Source: Thermoplasmata archaeon
Lineage (GTDB): Archaea > Thermoplasmatota > Thermoplasmata > Lutacidiplasmatales > UBA184
Length of the DNA: 64,000 nt
Reading direction: 5' to 3'
Assembly (NCBI GenBank): GCA_022750205.1
Contig: JAKIWD010000001.1
Coordinates: 1,222 to 65,221, forward strand
Shown: positions 46,057-55,033 of the stretch, one piece after another
Position numbering within the stretch: the stretch's first letter is position 1
Layout: each line of letters begins with the position of its first letter
Notes under the pieces: model-generated
Told to the model about the DNA's origin: nothing
Databases searched by the model: none
Seen by the model: the letters and a program-made list of their open reading frames with translations, nothing else
Position numbers and translations under genes: made by a program

Positions 46057-47169
46057 ATGGCGGATTGGGACCGCGTCGAGCGCCTCCGGTCCAAGGGATG
46101 GGACTGGGACAAGATCGCCGGTGATGAGCGGGTCGACTTCCATGCCGAGGAGGGTGCCGGAGACCCGGGCCGCGCGCTGCGGGCCCTGTACTACCAACGT
46201 CGATCTCGCGCCCAACGCCGACCCTCGGGCGGCGGCAAGAGCGGGTCCGGCGACGACATGGCCGACCCGACCCGGCCGAAGTGGACGTTCGCCCGGATCG
46301 GATTCATCCTCACCCCGCTCGTCGGCGTGTGGGCCCTGCTGGCGTACATCTTTCCCTCCCCGATCGGGGTCTACGTCAGCGCGATCCCGGTGCTCGCGGT
46401 CGCCCTGTTCGCGTCGGCGGCGGTGCTGACGTTCGGTCTCCTTCGGACCGCGGACCGGTGGAATCCAACGATGCGCAACACCGTGGCGATCGGCTGCGTC
46501 CTTGGGCTCGTCATCGCCGGCGGATTCGGTCTGGCGGCCATCTCCCAAGGCTGCCCGAGCCTGACCTCCTCGACCCAGTCCGAGCCGGACAGCTTCCTCA
46601 AGGCGAACAACGGCGCCTGGCAGGAGAACGGAGCACCGGTCTTCTTCTTCTACGGCGCGTCCGGCTGCCCGTACTGCTCGGCGTCGAGCTGGTCGATGTG
46701 GTACGCGCTCAAGGCGTTCGGTACCGTCTCGGGCGTTCAGTATGGTAGCTCATCTCCGACGGACAGCTTCCCGAACACGCCGGAGATCATCATCTCCTAC
46801 CTGAGCGTCCAGAGCAAGTACGTCTCGCTCGTCTCGGCCGAGAACCTCGATGGGGTCGCGGTGGGCCCCACTCCCTCCAGCTGCATCCAGCAGGCCTACG
46901 TCAGCGCGTACGACACCTCGGGGATCCCGTTCATCGTGCTCAACGGGCAGTACTATCACCAGGGCACTCTCGTGGATCCGGGCCAACTGTCCGGATTGAA
47001 CGCGACCCAGATCATGGGCCAGATCCAGGCCCAATCCGGCGTTGCGTGGAACGCGATCTCCCCGGCGGCGTACTGGATGATGGCCTATCTGGTCAAGCTC
47101 AACGGCGGGGCGCCATCGAACGTCGCCTCGATCAGCCAGGTCCAATCCGACCTCTCCCAGATCAGCTAG
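46057..47169 (+). CDS. membrane-anchored DUF929 thioredoxin-like protein with CPYC motif
   Basis: Trimmed to ATG 46057. Soluble N-terminus, three hydrophobic helices (..FARIGFILTPLVGVWALLAYIF.., ..VSAIPVLAVALFASAAVLTFGLL.., ..IGCVLGLVIAGGFGLAAI..), then ..PVFFFYGASGCPYCSASSWSMWYAL.., typical of DUF929. Confidence 0.8.
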   Translation: MADWDRVERLRSKGWDWDKIAGDERVDFHAEEGAGDPGRALRALYYQRRSRAQRRPSGGGKSGSGDDMADPTRPKWTFARIGFILTPLVGVWALLAYIFPSPIGVYVSAIPVLAVALFASAAVLTFGLLRTADRWNPTMRNTVAIGCVLGLVIAGGFGLAAISQGCPSLTSSTQSEPDSFLKANNGAWQENGAPVFFFYGASGCPYCSASSWSMWYALKAFGTVSGVQYGSSSPTDSFPNTPEIIISYLSVQSKYVSLVSAENLDGVAVGPTPSSCIQQAYVSAYDTSGIPFIVLNGQYYHQGTLVDPGQLSGLNATQIMGQIQAQSGVAWNAISPAAYWMMAYLVKLNGGAPSNVASISQVQSDLSQIS

Positions 47170-47178
47170 TCGGTTCGG

Positions 47179-47676
47179 ATGGACGCCCGCACGCTCCACT
47201 CCCTGATCCCCATCGCGATCGTCGCCGGGCTGATCCTATCGGGGTACGCCGCGTACGAGTCGACGCACCCCTCCGCCCAGGGCAGCTGCTCGATCAACGG
47301 TTTCGTCTCCTGCTCCAAGGTCGACAACAGCGCCCACACCACGACGTTCGGCGTCCAGGACTACTGGCTCGGCGTCGCGGGATTCCTAGCCCTGCTGGTC
47401 GTGGACATCCCGCTCCTGCGGACGTACAAGGCCCCGTGGCTGTACGCGCTCCTCGGCCTTTCGACGATCGGGGTGGGCGTTGCGCTGTATCTCGCCTACA
47501 TCGAGCTTGCGGTGATCAACGCGCTCTGCCTGATCTGCACGGGCGCCTATCTGTCCAACGCCGCGGTCTGGCTCGCCAGCTTAGGACTGGTCTGGGAGCG
47601 CCGTTCGAGCGACCGGGACGACTCCGCCGACGCCCGTGAGGGAGACCGGCCCGCCCAGCGCCGTCCATCGGATTAA
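47179..47676 (+). CDS. vitamin K epoxide reductase (VKOR) family membrane oxidoreductase
   Basis: 165 aa with four hydrophobic helices, loop Cys pair CSINGFVSC and membrane-embedded CXXC (..INALCLICTGAYL..). Confidence 0.85.
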   Translation: MDARTLHSLIPIAIVAGLILSGYAAYESTHPSAQGSCSINGFVSCSKVDNSAHTTTFGVQDYWLGVAGFLALLVVDIPLLRTYKAPWLYALLGLSTIGVGVALYLAYIELAVINALCLICTGAYLSNAAVWLASLGLVWERRSSDRDDSADAREGDRPAQRRPSD

Positions 47677-47766
47677 TACCCGACCTTTCAATCCGCCGCG
47701 GGGAGCGACGGGACCCCCGGCGGGACCGCCGGGGTCGCGGACGTCCCCCGGGGGAGAGTCGAGATC

Positions 47767-50700
47767 ATGGCGGGTTCCGTGCGAAACATGTCGACCGCCT
47801 GGGCGATCGGGATCGTGGGCCTCCTCCTGATACCGGGCGGAGCCGGGATCTCGCTCGGTGCCGCATTCGCTCACTCCCCTCCATCGGGAACCGCGCCCGC
47901 CCGAGCCGCCCCGTACGGGCACGCCCACCCGGACGGGACCACGATCCACGACCTGGTCGTCACCACCACGACGTTCGGCGGCGCGACCAACGCCCCGCTC
48001 ACCTTCACCGCCTCGCTCGCCGGGATCGCCGGCCTGGCCGGGCCTGTCAACTGGACGTGGGGGGACTCGAACCACTCTACGAGCACGGGGCCCCAGATCC
48101 CGTACGGGTACGGCCAACCGGGCATCTACCAGGTCGAAGCCCAGTACACCGACCCGACGAGCGGCACGGTCCACGACAACCTGGCTAAGTTGCTCGCCGT
48201 GCCCGTATGGGCCACCCACGCCGGGGATTCTGTCGGGACCCGCCCGCAGATCACCGGCTGGGTCGTCGCGAACGGGACCGCGAGCTCCGGTGCGACCGCC
48301 CTGGTCGCTCCCGGCGGATCGGTCACCGTGGCGGCCGAGCTCTCACAGGCGATCCCCGCGCCCTCGCTGACCGGGACCGGCGCCTCCTTCACGATTGCGC
48401 CGGCCGTCTCGGGCGACACGACCTGGAGCGCCCAGACGCTGGACCCCTCCGGCGTCAGCCAGGTGACCGCCTCGTTCTCGGGCGCGACCCCTCCCGGGCT
48501 CTACCCGCTGACGTTCCTCTACACCGCCACCGTGGACGCCGACAATCTCGCCACCACCGTGAACGGGACGTTCGAGTTCACCGTGGTCGTCGGCAGTGGC
48601 CTCGGGGGCGGCGTCGTCCCGTACGCCCACAGCACCGACCCGACCTCGTTGACCGCGTACCAGGTCGCCTTCGCCCCCACTTCGCTCGACCCGACGATTG
48701 ACTACGATTCGAACGGGGCCCAACTGTTCCGCAACGTCTACCAGACGCTGATCATCCCGAACGGGAGCGCGACCGGAGGCGACCCGAACTCGTTCCTCCC
48801 GTCGATCTCCACGTGCGTGCCCGGGAGCGCGGCGTGCACGAGCCTCTACGGCAGCTCGCTGGTCTCGGGGTACAATTACACGTTCGTCATCGGCAACTCC
48901 TCCCAATTCTACGACCCGACCACCGTGGCGAACTGGCCCGTCTTCCCGTCGGACGTCGAGTTCACCGTCGCCCGGGCGATGGGGCTGTCGAACCTCCCGT
49001 GTTTCGGGTGCACGCCGGGCTGGATGCTCGACCAGGCCCTGCTGCCCGGGGGCAATGGAGCCTGGGACTCCGGGTTCCACAACGTCTACAACAACACCCC
49101 GTCGACGGTGGCGGCGGCGATGACCATCAATGGCACCGACTGCCCCAGCGCGGCGACCCTGCGCGCCCACGGATGCGTGACGTTCCACGTCGACGGCGGA
49201 GCGACGAGCTGGCCGTTCTTCGAGCAGCTCCTCGCCAACCCGCTCGGGGCGTCGATCGTCCCGTGCGGGTGGTTCAGCGCCCCGTCCCAGAGCGCGGGGA
49301 TCCCGTACTGGTCCGCGGGCAACATCACGGGAGCCGGCGATCAACCGTGCCCGGCATGGGGCGCCGGCATGGGGACGACGCCCGGATCGGTCCCGGCGAC
49401 CGGCTGGGACCTGTGGGAGTTCGACACGGCCTTTTCCAGTGGCGGGGTCGTCTACTCTACTGCGGCCGGCAGCGGTCCCTACGAGCTCTCGCAGTACTCC
49501 AACTTCACGGGCTACACCCTTTCGACGAACCCGTACTACTCCAGCAATCCGGAGTGTACGACGTCGGGCTGCAACCCGGCGGCCGGCACCTACATCCCCA
49601 CGGTCGTGGTGAACTTCGAATCGACGACCGCGCCGGGGATGTCGGCGATCGCGGCGGGCGCGGCCGATTGGGCCGACGCCGACACGAACGACTCGGGGGC
49701 GCTGGCCGCCGACGCGGCCCAGGGCCTGGCGACGACCGTGCTGCTGCCCCAGCTCGAGTACTGGTCGAACCAGTTCGACTTCGACTACAACCTCACGCTC
49801 GCTCAGCAGGTGACGGGGACGCTGCCGACCGCGCCGGCGAACCTCCTCACGGACCCCGAGCTTCGGCAGTTCCTTTCGGCCGCCTTCCCGTATGCGACGA
49901 CCCAATCGCAGGCGTTCACGCTGAACGGGACCCAGTACGCCTTCCCGTTCGGAGGGGGCGTGATCCCCCTCAGCGACGGGGGATCGGCCCCCTCCAACGT
50001 CAGCTGGCCGTTCGGCGACCCCGTGTCCAACCCTACGGTCGTCGGTTCCGACGGCTGGTGGTGGGCCCAGACCCAGGCGGAAGGCCTCGCCGGCGGCAAT
50101 TGCACCGCGCTCATGCCCTGTGACTTCCCCGTCGGCTACCTCGGTCCGAACCCGTTGGTCGGCGCCGCCGATGCGGCCTGGGCGGCCGAGGTCTCCTCCA
50201 TCTCGGGAGGCGCGATCGTCCCCCAGATCGTCGACCTGAACGTCAGCGTCTTCGCCGAGGTCCTGTACGGCGGGCCGGGCAACAACCCCATGGCGGTCAC
50301 CACGACCGCCTGGCTCAACGACTATCCGGACCCGACGGATGCGATCAACGCGCTCTACACGCCCACGAGCATCTACGGCACGGCGGCCGCGTACCCGACC
50401 GTCCTCCAATCGTTCAACGCGTCGAGCTGCTCGACGAGCCCCTCGTACTGGGCGGACCCCGCCCGGGCGAGCGTCCCGGCGGACTGCCAGGGGGCCGCCT
50501 ACAACGCCTCGCTCGATCTCCTCGCGCAGGCCGCGACCACCCCCGTCGGGGCGGGGCGCAACGCGCTGTTCGCCGAAGCCGAACAGATCGAACGCCACCT
50601 GGCGCTCGACAGCGCGGTCGACCAGCGCAACGCCGTCGCCGCTGTCGCGCCGTGGATCGATCCGACCAGCGTCCCGGCGAACGCGTGGCTGGATTCCGAT

Positions 50701-52251
50701 GGCGTCGCGTGGTACCTGCTCGCCGAACGAACCGGACCGGCCGTCCCCCTCGGGGTGCGGGGGCCGGTCGCCGCGCCCGCGATCCTCCGATCGGGCCAAT
50801 CGCTCAACCTCTCAGCGGCCGCCGTCGGCGGCGTGGGCGGCTACAGCTACGGTTGGTCCGGGCTGCCGGCCGGTTGTCCGCTGTCGACCCAGTCCTCCTG
50901 GCAGTGCGTTCCGAGCGCCGCCGGACCGTTCACGATCACCGTGACCGTCCACGACGGGGCCGGCCACGTCGCGTCCGCCTCGGTCTCGGTCCTGATCTCG
51001 GGGATCGCGATCGCCAGCTTCTCCGCGACGCCGTCGAGCATCGTGCTCGGTGCGACGACGACCGTCACCACGGTGCTCGCCGTGGCGTCGGGCACGGTGA
51101 CGTACAGCTACACTGGCCTCCCCAAGGGGTGCGCGTCGTCCAACGTCTCGTCGTTCACGTGTCAGCCGAGCGTGGGCGGGCTGTTCGACCTGGTCGTCAA
51201 CGTCCTGGCACCGAACGGATCGCGGGGCAGCGCCTCGACGAGCCTGACCGTCACGACCTCGGGCCCGAAGATCCTCGGGTTCGCCGCTGCCCCGAGCGCG
51301 CTCGACGTGGGCGGGGCGACGACGCTCACGCTCGACCTGACCAACGCGACCGCGCCGGTCACGGTGGTCTACGCCGGCGTGCCCGGCTGCAATGCGACGC
51401 TCTCGGCGACCGCGACCGGGGCCAACTGGACCGCGCCGATGGCGTGCACACCGACGACCACCGCCGCGTTCACGGTCTATGGCAACGTCACCGCGGCGAA
51501 CGGTCGCGTGAACGGCACGACCTCGTTGACCGTCAATGCGCTCCCCGCCGTCGTCTCGCTCGTCGGTCCGACGGCGATCGACCTCGGCCAGCATCTGACG
51601 CTCACGGCGACGGCCTCGGGCGGCACCACGCCGTTCGCCTGGAGCTACACGGGGCTGCCGGCCGGTTGCACGTCGGCCAACAGCCCGACGCTCACGTGCA
51701 CGCCGACCGGGGTCGGGGCGAGCACGATCACCGTCCACCTCGCGGACACCGATAGCGAGCGGGCGTCGGCCACGGCGTCTCTGACCGTCAACGCCGCGCT
51801 CCAGATCGTCAACTTCGTCAGCGTCCCGGACACCGTCCCCGTCGGCGGCTCGACGAACCTCACCGTGCGGGTCGGCGGTGGGACGGCCCCGTTCTCCTAC
51901 GCGTTCACCGGGCTTCCATCCAGCTGTCCGACCGCCAGCACGGGGGTCCTGCGGTGCATCCCGACGACCGCCGGGACGTACACGATCGCCGTGGGCGTCC
52001 GCGACGCCACCGGCGCGACGGTGAACGGAACGGCGCTCCTCAACGTCACCGCCTCGGGCGGCGGCTCCTCCCCACCCGCCACACTCGGGGGCCTACCCCT
52101 GAACGAGGCGCTTGGGCTGATCGCGGTGCTCGTGATCATCGCGATCGCGGCCGCCCTGGTGTGGCGGATGCGAGGCCCTAAGCGCCCGGCGGCGGAGCCG
52201 CCCGAGGCCGCGCCGGCACCATCGGAACCGGATCAGGCCCCGGCGCCCTGA
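47767..52251 (+). CDS. 1494-aa multi-domain surface protein (signal, PKD, SBP-family-5-like region, five Ig-like Cys-pair repeats, C-terminal TM)
   Basis: Signal-like MAGSVRNMSTAWAIGIVGLLLIPGGAG.. PKD (NWTWGDSNHSTS..GIYQVEA). ..AFAPTSLDPTIDYDSNGAQLFRNVYQTLI.. resembles the N-terminus of solute-binding protein family 5. Repeats listed separately. TM ..LGLIAVLVIIAIAAALVW.. Confidence 0.85.
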   Translation: MAGSVRNMSTAWAIGIVGLLLIPGGAGISLGAAFAHSPPSGTAPARAAPYGHAHPDGTTIHDLVVTTTTFGGATNAPLTFTASLAGIAGLAGPVNWTWGDSNHSTSTGPQIPYGYGQPGIYQVEAQYTDPTSGTVHDNLAKLLAVPVWATHAGDSVGTRPQITGWVVANGTASSGATALVAPGGSVTVAAELSQAIPAPSLTGTGASFTIAPAVSGDTTWSAQTLDPSGVSQVTASFSGATPPGLYPLTFLYTATVDADNLATTVNGTFEFTVVVGSGLGGGVVPYAHSTDPTSLTAYQVAFAPTSLDPTIDYDSNGAQLFRNVYQTLIIPNGSATGGDPNSFLPSISTCVPGSAACTSLYGSSLVSGYNYTFVIGNSSQFYDPTTVANWPVFPSDVEFTVARAMGLSNLPCFGCTPGWMLDQALLPGGNGAWDSGFHNVYNNTPSTVAAAMTINGTDCPSAATLRAHGCVTFHVDGGATSWPFFEQLLANPLGASIVPCGWFSAPSQSAGIPYWSAGNITGAGDQPCPAWGAGMGTTPGSVPATGWDLWEFDTAFSSGGVVYSTAAGSGPYELSQYSNFTGYTLSTNPYYSSNPECTTSGCNPAAGTYIPTVVVNFESTTAPGMSAIAAGAADWADADTNDSGALAADAAQGLATTVLLPQLEYWSNQFDFDYNLTLAQQVTGTLPTAPANLLTDPELRQFLSAAFPYATTQSQAFTLNGTQYAFPFGGGVIPLSDGGSAPSNVSWPFGDPVSNPTVVGSDGWWWAQTQAEGLAGGNCTALMPCDFPVGYLGPNPLVGAADAAWAAEVSSISGGAIVPQIVDLNVSVFAEVLYGGPGNNPMAVTTTAWLNDYPDPTDAINALYTPTSIYGTAAAYPTVLQSFNASSCSTSPSYWADPARASVPADCQGAAYNASLDLLAQAATTPVGAGRNALFAEAEQIERHLALDSAVDQRNAVAAVAPWIDPTSVPANAWLDSDGVAWYLLAERTGPAVPLGVRGPVAAPAILRSGQSLNLSAAAVGGVGGYSYGWSGLPAGCPLSTQSSWQCVPSAAGPFTITVTVHDGAGHVASASVSVLISGIAIASFSATPSSIVLGATTTVTTVLAVASGTVTYSYTGLPKGCASSNVSSFTCQPSVGGLFDLVVNVLAPNGSRGSASTSLTVTTSGPKILGFAAAPSALDVGGATTLTLDLTNATAPVTVVYAGVPGCNATLSATATGANWTAPMACTPTTTAAFTVYGNVTAANGRVNGTTSLTVNALPAVVSLVGPTAIDLGQHLTLTATASGGTTPFAWSYTGLPAGCTSANSPTLTCTPTGVGASTITVHLADTDSERASATASLTVNAALQIVNFVSVPDTVPVGGSTNLTVRVGGGTAPFSYAFTGLPSSCPTASTGVLRCIPTTAGTYTIAVGVRDATGATVNGTALLNVTASGGGSSPPATLGGLPLNEALGLIAVLVIIAIAAALVWRMRGPKRPAAEPPEAAPAPSEPDQAPAP
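50760..52055 (+). repeat. five tandem coding repeats of about 88 aa (about 265 nt) inside the giant surface protein gene
   Basis: Each unit contains Y-x-Y/W-x-G-L/V-P-x-G/S-C .. C-x-P .. G .. V-x-V-x-D .. L-x-V. The five units are YSYGWSGLPAGC..QCVP, YSYTGLPKGC..TCQP, VVYAGVPGC..ACTP, WSYTGLPAGC..TCTP and YAFTGLPSSC..RCIP, with motif nucleotides near 50838, 51097, 51364, 51635 and 51893. Confidence 0.6.
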
Positions 52252-52955
52252 CGGGCCACCTGCTGGCTCTTGGCGACCTTGCGCCGCGTGTCCTCGGCCC
52301 CGACCAGATCGTTCGCGTGCCGGAGGGCGTGGACCGACCGCGCGAACTCCGCGAGGTGGTCGCCGCGCACGCCGACGAGCAGCTGTCCGTCGGCCATCTG
52401 GGTGAAGACCCGCGAGCCGATGCATCCCATCGAGACGGCGACCTTGGCGCCCTGGTTGAGCGTCGGGACGATGGCGCACATCGGCCGCCCGTTCATCGGT
52501 ACCGGCCCATGGGCGGCCTCGAGCGCGAGCATCGCCGACTTGGGCGTGGCGAAGAGCAGCACGTTGGTCGGAGGCATCGGCAACTGGCCCAGCGGACCGT
52601 AGGCGACGAACTTCGGGGCGGCGGCGTTGCGGGGGATCTTCCCCTCTTCGCCTGGAGCGAGGTACCCTTCCCGTTGCATCATGCCGACCGTCGCCATCAG
52701 CCGCTGCCCGAGCTCGCCCTCCGGCGCGATGCCGAGGACGAAGGCGCCGACCTCGCAGTCCTCGTGCGAGCGCACCCCGGCGTAGAACGCGTGGGTCCTC
52801 CCCTCCGCAAAGAACGTGCAGACGCTCGGGACGCCCGTCGGGTGCTCCGGGACGCCGGCGGGTGCGGCATCGAGGTAGCTGATCTGGACCGGCGGGGACG
52901 TCAGCTCGAGGTCGTTCGCCAGTTGCTCGGCGATCGCGCGCATCGATTCGGTCAT
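52233..52955 (-). CDS. DUF169 (COG2043) family protein
   Basis: 240 aa: ..VCTFFAEGRTHAFYA..HEDCEVGAFVLG.., ..RPMCAIVPTLNQG..VSMGCIGSRVF.. The 3' end overlaps the convergent surface-protein gene by 19 nt. Confidence 0.75.
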   Translation of the reverse strand: MTESMRAIAEQLANDLELTSPPVQISYLDAAPAGVPEHPTGVPSVCTFFAEGRTHAFYAGVRSHEDCEVGAFVLGIAPEGELGQRLMATVGMMQREGYLAPGEEGKIPRNAAAPKFVAYGPLGQLPMPPTNVLLFATPKSAMLALEAAHGPVPMNGRPMCAIVPTLNQGAKVAVSMGCIGSRVFTQMADGQLLVGVRGDHLAEFARSVHALRHANDLVGAEDTRRKVAKSQQVARQGAGA

Positions 52956-53107
52956 GCGGACCCCCGACAGTGCTAGGTTTCCTGTTGTATAGAGGATTTC
53001 GGGTCGGAAACCGACGCGTTCGACCCAGCCGGACCGCGTGCCGTCCCCCGGCGGCCAGCCGTCGCACTGCCGTGACGCCGGCCGCCGGCGGCGCGCGGCC
53101 CCGTCCG

Positions 53108-53114
53108 TTATATA
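53108..53114 (+). promoter_or_regulatory. TATA box (TTATATA) for the atpK-E-C operon
   Basis: CCGTTATATACGCG is centred about 37 nt upstream of ATG 53148. Confidence 0.5.
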
Positions 53115-53147
53115 CGCGACCTTTCTGCGCGGCCCGGGGCGCCCCAG

Positions 53148-53369
53148 ATGGTCTCAGATTTCGCGGTCATTGGTGCCGGCTTGGCGATTGCGGGCGGGCT
53201 CATCGGGACGGGCATGGCCCAGTCCGGCATCGGCGCCGCCGGGATGGGGATCTACGCGGAAACGCCGGAGAAGTTCGGCAAGGTGCTGTTCTTCTTCGTC
53301 ATTCCCGAGACGCTCTGGATCATCGGTTTCGTGCTGGGGATCATCCTGCTGAAGGGCATCCTCGGGTAG
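53148..53369 (+). CDS. atpK: A-type ATP synthase subunit K (proteolipid c)
   Basis: 73 aa, a two-helix hairpin with Gly-rich helix 1 (GAGLAIAGGLIGTGMAQSGIGAAG) and the conserved carboxylate in helix 2 (VIPETLWIIGFV). Confidence 0.9.
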   Translation: MVSDFAVIGAGLAIAGGLIGTGMAQSGIGAAGMGIYAETPEKFGKVLFFFVIPETLWIIGFVLGIILLKGILG

Positions 53370-53376
53370 GCTCGCG

Positions 53377-53931
53377 ATGAGCCTCGAACGCCTGGTCGAC
53401 GAGATCCGCCAGCAGGCCGAGGCGGAGATCTCCGCCGAGCGCCAGCGGCTGGAGTCCGAGCAGGCGCGTCTCGCGGCGGACCGCGACCGTCGCATTCGTG
53501 ATCTGCAGGCCGAATCGACCCGCCTCGGCGAGCTCGAGATCGGTCGCGAACGCGCGCAACGCCTGGCGCGCGCCAAGCTCGAGGCGCGCAAGCTCGTCTT
53601 CGAAGCCCGCGAGCGCCGGATGGGGCGGCTCATCGGCCGGACCCGCCAGGTCCTGGGCGAGTTCACCAGATCGGAAGAGTATCCCGCGCTCCTGAAGGAG
53701 ATGTACGGCTATGCCGTCCGGTCCCTCGGCAAGCAGGTCCGCGTCAGCGGGCGCGCCCAGGACGCCGCGCTGTTGAAGACGGTCGCCGGGAAGGCGTTCC
53801 ACGACACCGCCCTGCCGATCACCGGCGGCCTCGTCGTGGAGACCTCGGACGGTGCGCGCCGGCTCGATCTGTCGTTCGACGAGCTGCTCCGTCGCCGCGA
53901 GGACCGGGTCCGCGAACTGCTCGCCGCGTAG
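53377..53931 (+). CDS. atpE: A-type ATP synthase subunit E
   Basis: 184 aa. N-terminal long charged helix (MSLERLVDEIRQQAEAEISAERQRLESEQARL..) followed by a globular C-terminal domain, with the expected position after atpK. Confidence 0.85.
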   Translation: MSLERLVDEIRQQAEAEISAERQRLESEQARLAADRDRRIRDLQAESTRLGELEIGRERAQRLARAKLEARKLVFEARERRMGRLIGRTRQVLGEFTRSEEYPALLKEMYGYAVRSLGKQVRVSGRAQDAALLKTVAGKAFHDTALPITGGLVVETSDGARRLDLSFDELLRRREDRVRELLAA

Positions 53932-53943
53932 GTCGGGCCGGCC

Positions 53944-55020
53944 ATGTCCAGCTCCCCGTACGCGAGCGCGCTCGGCCGCATCAAGGCCCACCTCCCCGAG
54001 TTCCTGACCAAGGAGTACCTCCAGCGCCTGCTCGGGGCCAAGGACATCGGCGAGGTCACCAAGCTGCTCGAGCCGACGCCGTACGGGCCCGAGCTCGTCC
54101 AGGCGGCGGCCTCGTACGCGGGTGCCCCCCTCCTGGAGGTGGCGATCAACCGCCTGTTGATCCGCCGCAACCGGCACGCCTACGAGTCGGCGACGTTCGC
54201 CGGCCGCCCCATCGTCGGCGCGTACCTGCGACGCTGGGACATCGAGAACCTCGAGCTGATCCTGTCGGCCAAGGCGCAGGGGCGCGGTGTGTCGGAGACC
54301 GATGCGTTCCTCATCTCGAGCCGGGAGCTCCCCGCGGGCCTCATCGCGGGCACGCTCACCCTGGACGACGTGCGGCAGCTGCTCGCCCAGCCCACGCTCG
54401 AAGCGACGGTCTCGGCCGCGGTCCGCTTTGGCTACGGCACCACCCTGCTGCCTCTTCTCGAGGCGTACCAACGGACCCACGACATCTTCCCCCTCGTCCA
54501 GGTCCTCGAGCGGGAGTACTACCACCAGCTCATCGAGGCGCTCCGATTCTTCCAGGGCGACGAGTGGGTCGTCCGCCAGTTCCTGCAGGAGGAGATCGAC
54601 GGCCGCAACATCCTCCTGCTGCTCAAGGCGCGTGACGGCGGGCTACCGTCCGAGCCCGTGCTCGATCGCTGGATCGACGGCGGGACGCTCTCGCGAGCGG
54701 CCGCCGCCGACGCTGCCGCCGCGCGGGACGTGCCCGAGGTCGTCAAGGGCCTGGAAGGACGGTTCCCGGCGCTGATGCAGGGGCTGTCGGCGTACCAGCA
54801 GACCCACAGCCTGACGGGGTTCGATAGCGCCCTTTCCCGCGAGCGGGCCGCCCGACAGCTGCGCCGCATGCGCTCGTACCCCCTGTCGCTGTCGGTCCTG
54901 TTCACGTACCTCCAGCTCGCCGAGCTCGAGCGCGGGGACCTGCGCCGGATCATCTACGGCAAGCTCTACGGGCTCTCCGCCGACCGGATCGAGCCCCTGC
55001 TCGTCCTGGCCGGCGCGTAG
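53944..55020 (+). CDS. atpC: A-type ATP synthase subunit C
   Basis: 358 aa all-helical, ..YASALGRIKAHLPEFLTKEYLQRLL..DIGEVTKLLE.TPYG.. repeated in the second half (..LEATV..). Typical of subunit C (eukaryotic d). Confidence 0.9.
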   Translation: MSSSPYASALGRIKAHLPEFLTKEYLQRLLGAKDIGEVTKLLEPTPYGPELVQAAASYAGAPLLEVAINRLLIRRNRHAYESATFAGRPIVGAYLRRWDIENLELILSAKAQGRGVSETDAFLISSRELPAGLIAGTLTLDDVRQLLAQPTLEATVSAAVRFGYGTTLLPLLEAYQRTHDIFPLVQVLEREYYHQLIEALRFFQGDEWVVRQFLQEEIDGRNILLLLKARDGGLPSEPVLDRWIDGGTLSRAAAADAAAARDVPEVVKGLEGRFPALMQGLSAYQQTHSLTGFDSALSRERAARQLRRMRSYPLSLSVLFTYLQLAELERGDLRRIIYGKLYGLSADRIEPLLVLAGA

Positions 55021-55033
55021 CTACGCGACGGGC

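Noticed and set aside
48343-50799. 818-aa minus-strand ORF
   Set aside because: Antisense to the giant surface-protein gene. Arg/Gly/Asp-rich junk with no motifs.
50760-52055. CRISPR-like or other non-coding tandem repeat
   Set aside because: The periodicity is about 265 nt, lies in frame within one long ORF and is conserved at the protein rather than the nucleotide level. These are domain repeats, not a CRISPR array. No short direct repeat/spacer pattern was seen anywhere in the window.
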